A DNA stretch of 63,609 nucleotides, filler included, from Reclinomonas americana ATCC 50394 (GCA_048213135.1; 8 parts of 3 records of this genome joined end to end with filler, not necessarily neighbours in it), one strand, 5' to 3'; positions 1 through 12,900 are shown, counted from the first letter of the whole stretch. Notes: generated by a model from the letters alone, not told the origin. A program made the numbers and translations.

Positions 1-870
1 CGACTTCACTCGCAACAACTGCAGCAGCAGCTACACGCTGACCTCTTACTCGAAAACACCCTGAAAAATGGACGCATGGCGAGCAAACAGGCGTTTTGCA
101 GGAGGAGATCGAACTGCTTGCCAATTTATCGATCGCGATATCGATATCTTGTCGCTCTGCAGCTTTCAAAGCCTTTCTTTCCTTCTCTGCAACATGTTGC
201 TGCTCAACAGACACTGGAGGCGCAGAGGGAGGAGCAGGAGGAGCAGAGGGAGGAGCAGCAGCAGAGGGAGGAGGCACTTGTTCCACTGGAGGAGGAGGTG
301 GAGGTGGAGGAGGAGGTGGTGAAGGAGGTGGAGGTGGTGGAGGGCGAGGTGCGTCCCATGTGGGTGCGCGGTGTCGAGGAAACATTCTCTTTCCCGCGCT
401 CTCGACACTGAAAAAATGATAAGAAAAACGCAAAGCGAACACACAGGGGCTCGGTTTTGTGAATGTGCTGCGAAGTTGACGGCGACTTCACTCGCAACAA
501 CTGCAGCAGCAGCTACACGCTGACCTCTTACTCGAAAACACCCTGAAAAATGGACGCATGGCGAGCAAACAGGCGTTTTGCAGGAGGAGATCGAACTGCT
601 TGCCAATTTATCGATCGCGATATCGATATCTTGTCGCTCTGCAGCTTTTCAAAGCCTCTCTCTCCTTCTCTGCAACATGTTGCTGCTCAGCAGACAGTGG
701 AGGCGCAGAGGGAGGAGCAGGAGGAGCAGAGGGAGGAGCAGCAGCAGAGGGAGGAGGCACTTGTTCCACTGGAGGAGGAGGTGGAGGTGGTGGAGGTGGA
801 GGAGGTGGTGGAGGTGGAGGGCGAGGTGCGTCCCTTGTGGGTGCGCGGTGTCAAGGAAACATTCTCTTCC
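1..870. repeat. Tandem duplication with a 482-bp unit (runs off the window start) containing a GGA/GGT-rich tract; coding status unclear
   Basis: cgacttcactcgcaacaactgc at 1 recurs at 483. The copies are near-identical to about 870, with small indels (gcagctttcaaag vs gcagcttttcaaag). Confidence 0.9.
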
Positions 871-1128
871 CGCGTGCTTGACGGGCTGGCGCCATCATGA
901 TCAATTGCAAGCGACGTCGACCGTCGATAATTATAAGAGGAACAGTGTACCACGCTTGTTCATCCTCCGAGGAGATCATCCGACTGGTGGAATCATGCGC
1001 GTTGCTGCGTGAGAGCGAGTATGCGCCAGAACGAAATGATCTCTCTCTTCCGGAGACGGCGGACTAGACGACGTTTGTGTGTCCGCAGCGGACCTGCCGG
1101 ACGACTTCGTTCTCGCACTCCTCCCGCG

Positions 1129-2240
1129 ATGGCTTTCAAGGTGAGCGTGCAGTGTTTGCTTGCTGCATGTGCAGTGCTTGATGGCAGAGGTTCGTGCAGG
1201 TACTGCAAGGCCACACGAGTGTGGTGTATGCAGTGGCCGTGACACCTGATGGCCAGCACATTGTGAGTGGTAGTCGAGACAAAACTGTGCTGGTGTCGTC
1301 GGTGACAAGTGGTCAGGAGGTGCGCCGACTGGAAGGCCACACACATTTTGTGCAGGCAGTGACAGTGACCCCCGATGGCCAGCACATTGTGAGTGGCAGT
1401 AGGGACGGGACTGTGCTGGTGTGGTCAGTGGCAAGTGGCGAGGAGGTGCGTCGACTGGAAGGTCACACGAGTGCGGTGTGTGCAGTGGAAGTGACACCCG
1501 ATGGAAAGCACATTGTGAGTGGCTGTTGGGACAAGACTGTACGAGTGTGGTCAGTGGCAAATGGCGAGGAAGTGCGCCGACTGGAAGGCCACACGGGTGG
1601 GGTGTATGCATTGGCAGTGACACCCGATGGCCTGCACATTGTGAGTGGCAGTGGGGACAAGACTGTACGGGTGTGGTCGGTGGCAAGTGGCGAGGAGGTG
1701 CGCCGACTGAGAGGCCACACGAGTGCGGTGTGGGCAGTGACAGTGACACCCGATGGTCAGTACATTGTTAGTGGCTGTTGGGACAAGACTGTACGAGTGT
1801 GGTCTCTGGAAAGTGGCGAGGAAGTGCGCCGCTTGGAATGCCACACGGATTGGGTGCGTGCAGTGGCAGTGACGCCCGATGGTCAGCACATTGTGAGTGG
1901 CAGTGATGACAACACTGTACGGGTGTGGTCGCTGGCGAGTGGCGAAGAGGTGCGCCGACTGGAAGGCCACACTGGCTCTGTGTACACAGTGACAGTGACA
2001 CCCGATGGCCAGCACATCGTGAGCGGCAGTGCGGACGAAACTGTACGTGTGTGGCCCACGACACGCGGCCATGCCAATGCCGAGCTGCAGGCTGCCCGAT
2101 ATGCCCATCAAGCCATCATAGAGATCCAGCAGCTGCCACTTGATACGGACGGCGACCCGCGGTGCCTCGTGGAGATCGTGCTGCGCTGCTTCATCGGCGA
2201 GGACGCGGAAGCAATTCTCTTTGGTTCGCCTATTTTTTGA
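1129..2240 (+). CDS. WD40-repeat protein: 7 near-identical 42-aa repeats plus a short C-terminal helical tail; exons 1129-1140 and 1200-2240
   Basis: ATG GCT TTC AAG|gtgagc...gtgcag|GTA CTG CAA GGC CAC (59-nt GT-AG intron). Repeats read GHT..V.AV.VTPDGQHIVSGS.D.TVRVWS.ASGEEVRRLE with a 126-nt period. Stop at 2240, AATAAA at about 2322. Confidence 0.92.
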
Positions 2241-2489
2241 GCGTAGCGTGCATCATAGGAGTCTTTGAAGAGAGGCAGAGAGAGAGAGAGAGCGCGCCAC
2301 TCTGTGACGCGATGAACATTGAATAAAGTGGTCTAGGAGAGAACGTGCCAGGAGAATGGCCGCGCGGCTGTGGAAGGGTCGCCCGAGGCAGGGTGTCCCA
2401 CTATCTCGAGCGCTGCACATGGCGACTTGCACACCCTTCTACGTTAGTTGCGCAACTTCCGAAAAAACCGCAACTTGTCAACTACGCGG

Positions 2490-2505
2490 GCGGGAAATTT
2501 CGCGC
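2490..2505. promoter_or_regulatory. Back-to-back E2F/DP consensus sites (GCGGGAAA + TTTCGCGC)
   Basis: gcgggaaatttcgcgc gives two TTTSSCGC matches in opposite orientation. There is another TTTCGCGC at about 2647. The sites lie in non-coding DNA ahead of the DP locus. Confidence 0.5.
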
Positions 2506-3869
2506 GCTTTTCTCGCACACGCACACACACCGAAAAGTCGCAAGGAGCAGTTCCGTCACTCTCCTCTCCACACACACACACGCACTCTTTCCCCCACTCT
2601 GTCACACACGCACACGCGCTGTTTCCATCACAAAGTTGCGCGCTTCTTTCGCGCGCGCGCGCGTGCCCTCAACATTTCCGCAGTCGGGACTTTACTCACA
2701 CGCACACACGCACACTCTCCTCTTTCTCCACACGCGCTTCTCCGCTTCCCTCCACACACACGCACACTCCTCTCACACTGCATCTGCCCCTCNNNNNNNN
2801 NNNNNNNNNNNNNNNNNNNNNNNNNNNNNNNNNNNNNNNNNNNNNNNNNNNNNNNNNNNNNNNNNNNNNNNNNNNNNNNNNNNNNNNNNNNNNNNNNNNN
2901 NNNNNNNNNNNNNNNNNNNNNNNNNNNNNNNNNNATCAGTTGATATGCGACGCACACTCATGTTTTCGCGCGCTCACTCTTCACTCACTCTCACGCACAC
3001 ACACAGTCTCCGTGCGCGCGCGCTCTCCCACACAGGAACAATGTCGGCGCGACTTGTTGCGTGCCACACCTCACACAAGACGCGTGCTTGTTCGGCCATC
3101 TCACGCGCTTTACTCACACTTTGTCTCTCTCTGCGTGTGTGCATGTCTCTCTCTCACACACAGGATGGTAAGCATGCGCGCATGTTGCAGTCAACCAACA
3201 ACACACAGCAAAAAAGACAAAAAGTGACCTCATGTCTCTCACATGTGTGTGATCACAGATGGAGAAGAGATGAGTGGCACAGGTCGAGTTGCGGGTCGAA
3301 AGCGACCAAAGCAACAACAAAACATGGACATGGACGACGACGATGATTCTCTCGGGTTGGTGGTGTTTACATAAGGCGCGGAATGCAAGTGCTGACTTAT
3401 GTGTTTATGNNNNNNNNNNNNNNNNNNNNNNNNNNNNNNNNNNNNNNNNNNNNNNNNNNNNNNNNNNNNNNNNNNNNNNNNNNNNNNNNNNNNNNNNNNN
3501 NNNNNNNNNNNNNNNNNNNNNNNNNNNNNNNNNNNNNNNNNNNNNNNNNNNNNNNNNNNNNNNNNNNNNNNNNNNNNNNNNNNNNNNNNNNNNNNNNNNN
3601 NNNNNNNNNNNNNNNNNNNNNNNNNNNNNNNNNNNNNNNNNNNNNNNNNNNNNNNNNNNNNNNNNNNNNNNNNNNNNNNNNNNNNNNNNNNNNNNNNNNN
3701 NNNNNNNNNNNNNNNNNNNNNNNNNNNNNNNNNNNNNNNNNNNNNNNNNNNNNNNNNNNNNNNNNNNNNNNNNNNNNNNNNNNNNNNNNNNNNNNNNNNN
3801 NNNNNNNNNNNNNNNNNNNNNNNTGGGAGGGGCGAGGGGGAGGGAGAGGGTGGGTGTGAGAGAAAATCA

Positions 3870-4700
3870 TGGAGGCAAAGAGAACACAAAATCAAGAAGA
3901 CAACTGTCGCAATCAGACGAAGGTCAACATGCAAGGCATGGACGCACAAAAGGAAGAAGAGAATCAGGGTGCAGTTACAAGGCGACAACAAGTGCTTTTC
4001 TGGCGAGGTACACATGCAAGACGAAGAGAATAATGGTGTACGTGAAAGATGAAAACAAGCGCTGCCACGGCATGGCAAACATCGCCCAGAGGCGACCACC
4101 AACTGAGGTCAGAAGAATCAGAGCAGACATAACTGCTGTACAAGGCAAGGGAGCACAAGAGGAGACTAACAACTGACGTCAGACAAGGAAGATCAGGATA
4201 CAGGCACAAGATGAAACAAGCGCAGTCGTTACAAGGACAGCATGCGATACAAGAGGCGACCACCAATCAAGGTCAGGAGAAGAATGCTGACAAGCAAGAC
4301 AAGCAGGTACAACCAAGAGGCGACCACCAATCGAGGCCAGCAGAAGCGAAATAATGAAAATCAGGGCGAACGCAACATGACAACAAGCAAGACACGAATG
4401 CACAATCAAGAGGCAACCATCAATTGAGATCAGAAGAGGAGAATCAAGGCGCACATACAAGAGGACACCAAGAGGAGACCGCTACTCAAGGTCAAGAGAA
4501 GAGAATCACGGCGCACACGCAAGCAAGCAACTACTGTCAAGCAAGACACGAATTCACAACTCCGAGGACTACCAGTGGAGGTCAGCAGAGGAGAATCAGG
4601 GTGCACACGCAAGAAGACACGAAGGAACAACCAATGAAGACAACAAGTGCAACCAAGACGAGTCGTGAGGACCAAGTCAACATGCAAAACAGGCACCTTC
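3870..4700. repeat. Degenerate minisatellite in the intron following the DP exon
   Basis: Recurrent gaggcgaccaccaatc..gaggtcag.agaag, gagaatcagggtgca and caagcaagac blocks (e.g. 4089, 4253, 4317, 4409, 4566). Confidence 0.6.
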
Positions 4701-4749
4701 CCCACTCACAAGAATCATCACCCCCGACTCTTTCCCTTTCCCAACTCAC

Positions 4750-4906
4750 CTCATTGTACGTCGTACGACCCTTCTGCTGCACCTTCTCGCACACCTTGTG
4801 ACTGAAATGCCGCAATCCCTTACTCGCACGCTCACTCTCCGCCTTGGCCGCAGCTGCCGCCGCCGCTGCCGCCGATCCCCTCTTCCCGCGCTTCACCGGT
4901 CGCCCT
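4750..4906 (-). CDS. DP: DP (E2F dimerization partner, TFDP family) transcription factor; single visible exon with the start of the winged-helix DNA-binding domain
   Basis: Translates ...[25 protein letters not shown]|gtgagt, matching the DP signature [25 protein letters not shown]. The rest of the gene falls in N gaps. Confidence 0.88.
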
Positions 4907-5661
4907 CTANNNNNNNNNNNNNNNNNNNNNNNNNNNNNNNNNNNNNNNNNNNNNNNNNNNNNNNNNNNNNNNNNNNNNNNNNNNNNNNNNNNNNNNNNNN
5001 NNNNNNNNNNNNNNNNNNNNNNNNNNNNNNNNNNNNNNNNNNNNNNNNNNNNNNNNNNNNNNNNNNNNNNNNNNNNNNNNNNNNNNNNNNNNNNNNNNNN
5101 NNNNNNNNNNNNNNNNNNNNNNNNNNNNNNNNNNNNNNNNNNNNNNNNNNNNNNNNNNNNNNNNNNNNNNNNNNNNNNNNNNNNNNNNNNNNNNNNNNNN
5201 NNNNNNNNNNNNNNNNNNNNNNNNNNNNNNNNNNNNNNNNNNNNNNNNNNNNNNNNNNNNNNNNNNNNNNNNNNNNNNNNNNNNNNNNNNNNNNNNNNNN
5301 NNNNNNNNNNNNNNNNNNNNNNNNNNNNNNNNNNNNNNNNNNNNNNNNNNNNNNNNNNNNNNNNNNNNNNNNNNNNNNNNNNNNNNNNNNNNNNNNNNNN
5401 NNNNNNNNNNNNNNNNNNNNNNNNNNNNNNNNNNNNNNNNNNNNNNNNNNNNNNNNNNNNNNNNNNNNNNNNNNNNNNNNNNNNNNNNNNNNNNNNNNNN
5501 NNNNNNNNNNNNNNNNNNNNNNNNNNNNNNNNNNNNNNNNNNNNNNNNNNNNNNNNNNNNNNNNNNNNNACTCTTTCACTTCTTCTCTCACCTCTCTTCC
5601 TCCTTCCCTCTCCTCCTCCCTCTCTTCCTCCTTCTCACGTCACCTTCTCTCCCCTCCACAG

Positions 5662-5950
5662 ACCAACATGTACGGCGTCTCCCCCGCGGCGCAGCCGTTC
5701 AGCACCCCCTCCACACCCGTGCATCACGGTGGGTCGCCTGCCATTATCTCACCATGTTGCGCTTTGCCTGTTCGCCGTTCCTCTTGTATCTCTCACGGCG
5801 ACGCTGACCATCCATCCCACTCTCGCAGACATGCAGCAGGGCATGATGGGCGGCGGCTCTGCTGGTATGCCACTGAACATGGGCGGCGGACTGCCACCTC
5901 CACCTCCACCGCCGCCACCTCACAGAGATAGCGACATGTCGGCCCAGTGA
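5662..5950 (+). CDS. Last two exons (5662-5728, 5829-5950) of a plus-strand gene with a Pro/Gly/Met-rich C-terminus; possibly the DP C-terminus
   Basis: Polypyrimidine tract then cag|ACC AAC ATG...; CAC G|gtgggt...cgcag|AC ATG CAG keeps the frame; ends PPPPPPPPPHRDSDMSAQ*. Tail-to-tail with PDS5. Confidence 0.6.
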
Positions 5951-6087
5951 AAGAGACGGCGGTGAGTACGTCGGTGGAATGCAGCCGTGTAATGAACGAT
6001 CATGGAAAAAAAGTGTTGTTTTGAAAACGACGGTTTGTTTGCGCATTTTAACTAGAGAGGGGGGAGAGAGAGATTGATGATGACAAA

Positions 6088-7870
6088 TTAGACCAGAGCT
6101 CGCCGACGAGTAGGTTTCCTCGCTTCTGACTGAGAAGAAGAAGGTGGATGCGCAGCACCACGCTTGCCGCGCTTGGTGGGCGGCTCGTCGTCGTCGTCGT
6201 CGTCGCCGCCGTCCTCCGGCGTCGACGACATGGAACTCGAGACGGGCTCGGCCAGTGAGGTGGGCGCGGCGGAATCGGCCTCAGCGCGTGTCCGCTTCCT
6301 CGATGCCGACGTCAGGGAGTCCGTGGCTGCAGGGGCAGCGGACCGAGAGCGCTTCTGCGAGGGTTGCTCCTCCGTGGACAGATCGGAGTCGGCAGTACGC
6401 TTGCCAGCCTTCCCAGCCTTGGCAGGTGGCTGTGACTCCTCCTCATCTTCGTCAGCGGCCTGCGAAGGCGCCTTCTTCCCAGCCTTGCCGGCCTTGCCGG
6501 CCTTGCCTGTCTTGCCAGCCTTGGCAGGTGGCTGTGATACCTCCTCCTCCTCATCAGAGGCCTGTGATGATGCCTTCTTCCCAGCCTTGCCAGCCTTGCC
6601 AGCCTTGCCAGCCTTGACAGGCGGCTGTGACTTCTCGTCAAAGTCAAAGGCCTGTGAGGGCGCCTTCTTCCCAGCCTTCCCAGCCTTCACAGGAGGTTGT
6701 GACTCCTCCTCGTCCTCCTCGTCAAAGGACTGCGAGGGCGCTTTCTTGCCGGTCTTGCCAGCCTTACCGGCCTTGCCGGCCTTGCCAGCCTTGACAGGAG
6801 GCTGCGACTCTTCCTCCTCCTCCTCCTCGTCAGAAGACTGCGAGGGCGCATTCTTGCCGGTCTTGCCAGCCTTACCGGCCTTACCGGCCTTGCCGACCTT
6901 CGCGGGGGGCTGTGACTCCTCCTCGTCCTCCTCATCGTCAGAGGCCTGCGCGGGCGCTTTCTTCCCCGCCTTGCCGGCCTTACCGGCCTTGCCAGTCTTG
7001 GGCGGTGGCTGTGACGCCTCCTCCACGAGACCTCCCTTGCCTCCCTTGGCAGTCGCTGGCGATGCGTCCTTGTGTTCCACACCTGTTGCGACACCGAATA
7101 GTGAGAAAACCAGATCACAGAGCAGACGACGTGACTGACGTGCAACTCACCGTTGACGGATGCCGCAGCGCGCTTGCCACCGGCGCCACCTGTTCCTCCG
7201 TTAGCACACATTGGAGAAGCAGTAGCACACACAGCTGCGTCACAATACCTCGTGGTTTCCGCGCCGGCGAGTATTCCTTCTCGTCATCGTCGTCATCAGT
7301 GTCCATCGCCTCTGCCTCCTCTTCACTGTCGGAGGGAGCCTCGGAAAAGTCCAGTGTCTTCTTTGCCTCGCGTGGGCGCGTTCTGCGCGGCACATGAGTG
7401 AGCGATGAGGACGCTACCTTATGAGCAGCGCAAGCGCACGCAACTCGCGGGTGGGAGCAGTGGAGGGTGGTGAGACGCGCGGTGTGGCAGAGGGTGTGAC
7501 CGCTGATTTGGCCGCCTTCTTGCCCTTCGGCACCGCAGCAATGGCGGAGGGGCCAGCGGATACCGTTGCCTTGTTCTTGCGCTGTTACATCAGTTCAGAA
7601 ACAGTTGAGAAAGACCCCTCAGTCAACCAGAAGCACAATGACCCGTACCGTTGATGCTGGAGCACCGAGTGCGGGAGCCACTCGGAAATCGTCGGGAAGA
7701 TAGACGCGAGTGGCGTGTGCGGCCTGCGAAGGAGAAGGTGAGACAAACAGAAGGGTAGAGAGGAGAGAAGAAAAGAAGAAGGAAGGAAGAAGGAAGGAAG
7801 AAGGGAGGAAGAAGAGAAAGAGTGCCAAGATATATCCTATACCATAGTTTCCAACTCACATTCAAATGAG

Positions 7871-7942
<72 letters not shown>

Positions 7943-9549
7943 NNNNNNNNNNNNNNNNNNNNNNNNNNNNNNNNNNNNNNNNNNNNTTAATTAATTAANN
8001 NNNNNNNNNNNNNNNNNNNNNNNNNNNNNNNNNNNNNNNNNNGAGAGAGAGAGAGAGAGCAAAGAGCAGAGATCACACCCAAACCAGAAATCACGTGTCT
8101 CTCTCTCGTTCTCTGACGTGGATTTAAGTGTGAAGTGGACAGAAGACCAGATTAACAAGCTACAAGGCTGCACGTCTCTCAACCCTCGAATCCCGTCCGC
8201 AGGGTGAGCGGATAATAGAGAAGAACTCCAAGGCACAGAGCACCACACGCACACGTACACCAAATATACACCACGCTGCACAGACTCTCCCTCACGCTCT
8301 CCCTCCCTCCCTTCCCCTTTTCCTTCCCCTTACCCTGGAGGCCGACGGAGGCGGCGCGAACAATCGTGCCGGCAGCGGCACCTGATACCGACTGACACCG
8401 GTGGCCGAGTGCTTGATGTGCCGCTTGTTGAGCACCAGTGACAGGAGAGTCGTGGCAACGTCGCACACCATGCGATGTGCCTGTTCAAACAGCACCGTTA
8501 GTTAATCTGCTTCCTGTTCCCCCCCACCCTTTCTTCGACACCAACCTCACTGGTGGGCGCCACAGCATCATTGGCAATCTTCATCCGATGCAGCAGCTCG
8601 ATCAGCAGGTCTGCACACTCTGGTCGACCGACAACCAGCACCTGCAGGTACTCGTGCAGTACTCTGCACAAAACAATGCCTTTAGCATGCGTACATCACA
8701 CAAGGGGCCACCACAAACATTGTACCTTTGCAGAGGGTCGTAAAGTGGTGCACCGATCTTCTTGTTGTCGCTCTCCACGTACGAGTGGTGCGCCAGCAAG
8801 TGGACAAGGTGTGGCAGTTGCAGCTCGGGGAAGAGAGCCGGGGCATTCTGCGGAAGAAGGATTGTCAGCAATGCACACAAAACGCAAGAATAGAGAGAAG
8901 CACCGATAGAAACAAACCAGAGAGAATGCAGTAAAGAAAGCTGTACGCACTGCACAGGAACATCTCATCTCTCACACATGAAAACACATTCGACAACAGC
9001 GACGCAAGAGAAGAAGGCGACCTGGATCGACAATATACATCTCTTATCCTTTGCTCGCCCACTCATTCACAGAAGCACATCAAGAGAGAGAGAGAGAGAA
9101 CCCTTCTGCAAACGCACATGCTCACTACGACGGTAACAGCAGTCACCCAGTCAGTGTGCCCCTCCAGCTGTTGCACTACTGTGCCACTCGCCAGCGACCA
9201 CATTCGCAGCCTATTGTCCTCACTTCCACTAATAACGTGCTGACCGCAGGGAGTGACGATGACATAATAGACCTCACTGGTGTCCCGATCATTCACTCTC
9301 TTTTCACCAGATTCCCCTCGCTGAAAACCTTTATCCCTTCTTTCTTTCTTTTTCTTTCTCCCTCTCTCTNNNNNNNNNNNNNNNNNNNNCCTCCGTCGTC
9401 GTCGTCGTACGTCGTACGTACGTACTAACTAATACGTACCTACTCGTCGTCCGTCGTACTACTCTACTCTCTTCTACTACTACTCCTCTCTAACTACTTC
9501 CTTCTTCTTTCTTTCTTCTCCTCTCTCTCTTCTTCTCCTCTCTTCTTCT

Positions 9550-9584
<35 letters not shown>

Positions 9585-12500
9585 ATTCTTTCTCTCTCCC
9601 CCCCCCTTTCCCTTCTCCGCCCACTCACCGGACTCTGCACCGTGACACCGGCATATGCCACCTGGAACACTGTGCGATACCGATGTACCAACTCCTGCAG
9701 TCCTTGTGCACACTGTGCGACAGGAAAGGAGTGAGCGACATGCGGGAACAGCAGGCACTCCCGCCACCGACAACTCACCCGCGACGCCACCCCTGCATCC
9801 GGATCAGCAGCGAAAAGCGCGGCAAAGCTGATTAATCTCAGCTTCTTGGGAATGCGCTTGAGCAGCGCGGAAAGCACACTTCGCCGAGCATCCACCGACT
9901 CCACCTGCCCATTCAGTGTCAGCGAAAAAAAGACCCCAAATGGCGCACTCGGCGGCGAGACCAACCGTGGAGATGCGTGCTGCGGCGTACAACAATGTCG
10001 GCTCGCAGCTGTCCATCACGGCCTCCAACTCGGCCTTTTCCACAATGCGGAACACACACTTGGCGGCGGCCGTTCGCAGAATGATCTGGTCCGTGGCACT
10101 GTCGAGAGACAATTCACTGCGTTAGAGGGAGAGAAAAAAAGAGAGAAAGGGAGCAGAAGAAAGCGAGAGAGAGAGAGAGAGAGAGAGAAAGAGATAGAGA
10201 GACAGAGCGAGCGCACACACACCTGCACACGCGGCTCCACTCCTCCGACATCTCGACCAACGGCATCAACAAAGGAACGACGTGGTCGGCGAGGATTCGC
10301 GACCCTTCACTCGACGGCAGGCTGACGAATGCCGAGAGCAGTTTAAGCATGCGACACTGCGCGGAGGGGCGAGAGGTGAGCCACATGCGAGAGTGAGAGA
10401 GAGAAATGGGACAGCTCATATGGAAAAAAGAGACGGACCCTTGCTTTTGTGCCTGGCTGCGGCGATGACACGGCGCTGCTGGCTGGTAGTTTACGAGCCG
10501 GGGGTTGCAGCAACTTCTCGGCCAGATTCACCAACGCCGACTCGTTGGAGAACACAACGCTGGCGTCACAGGCCGGCATGAGGTGGATCACGGCGTGCAG
10601 GCGAGCCGGCAGGGTATCCGGGGCGGCCTCCTCCACCATTTCCTGCAGGAGGGATGAGAAAGGGAAAATCGAAGAAAGAAGGAAAGGGAGGACAGAGGGG
10701 AAAGAACAAAAAAAGGCATAGAAGTGCGGAGAGCAAGGGACGAAAGAGAGAAGAAAAACAATAACAGGACGGACGACATGAATGAAGAAAGAGAAGTAGA
10801 GAGCGATAGAGAAAGGGAAACACGGCGATGCATGCCGATGAACAGAGTTGAAGGAGTTGCATACCAGGGAGAGATACGACCAATCAGAAAAAACACGAAA
10901 TAATCAGGGAGAGCACTTTCTCCAGGGGAAAGGAACACAGAAGATGGAAGAGCGCAAAAGAAACAGGGCAGCAAAACATGGCAGAAGGAACGGGACACGA
11001 GGAACGGGGCAGAGAAGGGACAGAGTGGAAGGAATGCAACAGGGAAAAAGGAACAGGGAAGGAGGAACGGGACAAAGGAACAGGTTGAAGAGAACACTGC
11101 TGGAGAAACAGAGAGAAACAGGGAAGGTAGGAGAGGCAGGACAGGACCGTCAAACGCAACATCAAACAACCGATGCACATCCTGCTTGCGTGCAATCAGC
11201 GACACCGCCTGCACAGCCGGCTTCATGTGTCGCTCGTGATTCGCCGCCGTGATGATCGCCGACAGGCGTTCACGCAACTCACTGTCAAACACAGACAGTG
11301 ATGAGAAGGGATGGGGCGAGAAAAGAGTGCCCCCAAAGACGCAACTTGCGCAAGGATACGGTGAATGCAAACTTGCTGCGCGCCAGCGCCACCAGGAAAC
11401 TCAATCCGCGCTCCACCAGCGCCGGATCCTCGTCGTCGTTGAGCAGCAAGCGGATCGGTTCCATCGAGTCGGTGAACATGTCAGGCAACTTGGCGGCCAC
11501 CAGCTGCACGCCAAACAAGAAGAGCGTGAGAATGAAGAACTGTTTTGGACCCCAGCAGATGCGAATGTACCGCACCTGCAGCAATGCAAATGCCGCCGAC
11601 GACAATTCTTGCACGTCGTGGCGCATCCACTCGCTGGCGAGGAAGAAGAGAACGCGAATGCACTCGAACGGCAGGAAGGAGAACTTGAGTCGCACGGCCA
11701 GCTGCGCCACACATATTGCGAGTGAGCAGAATATCGTGACACTTGGTATCTCAGTGCGCACTCAACGTGCTTCCCCAAATCGACATTGATGCTCTTCATG
11801 TGCGTCCGGAGGAGCGAGCGCAACTCCGCCTGTGCAAACAGTCAGTTTCACATCAATAGCAGAGCGGCTTGCGTGCATCTACAAACCTCGGTGGCCTGGC
11901 GAGCCTCCAGAGTGAGTGTCGGCTTCAACGCCACCTGCAGCTGCTTGAACAGGTTGTTGTCCTTGATTTCAGACAACGCCGCCCAGTCCTGCAACACACG
12001 TGAGGTGACTTGTCATCGTGGGACGCACCGATCGTGCACTGACCTCGGCAGTGGATCCCGGGAACAATTGCACCAGCGCTCCCACCACACGCGCATAGTT
12101 ATCGGGATTGGTGTTGGTCGCCGCCGGTTTGGCCTCCACTCCTGCCTCGTCGTCGTCATCGTCGCCGTCGCCGTCCTCTTCCTCGTCGTCACCAAGCGAC
12201 CCCAGTCGCTTCTTGGCCGCTGCACTGGCGGCTTTGCGCTGCGCCCGCATCTCAATCCACGACGTCAACACGTTGCGTGTGCTGATGCGCATCACGGTAA
12301 GTGAAAGGTAGGACAGGAGGGAGAGAGTGGGTGGGCAGGCACGCAACTCGCCGCGCCACTGAATGAGACGATCAAAGTACGCCCGATCGTCGGCATTGTC
12401 GAGGCTGGCGTAGGTGAGCACGAGGTAGTGTGCGTGCAGACGAAGCATGCGAGCGTCGGCCGACGAGGAGGAGGCGGAGGTGGCAGCGGCAGTGGCGGCT

Positions 12501-12814
12501 CCTCGCTTGCGACGAGTGGTTTTCTTTTCGCCGTCAACCTGCGATGAGGAAAAGGGAGGGTCAGTCATCAGTGCAGGGTTGAGAGAGAGAGAGCAATCAA
12601 GAGAAGTAGGAGAGAAACAGACAGAGGAGAGGGAGAACGGTGAGAGTGCGATAGAGACAGACAGACATAAGGAAAGAGAGGGAAACAGAGAGAGAGAGGG
12701 AAACAGAGAGAAAGAGAAACAGAGAGACAGAGAGACACACCGAATACACACAGACAGACAGACAGACGACAGACAGACAGACAGACACACCGAATACACA
12801 CACACACACACACA

Positions 12815-12900
<86 letters not shown>

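Noticed and set aside
9390..9495. Odd gtcgtacgtacgtactaact low-complexity tracts (also 49570-49670, 50061-50160, 43502-43519)
   Set aside because: They occur at contig ends next to long dinucleotide runs and look like pyrosequencing flow-order noise.
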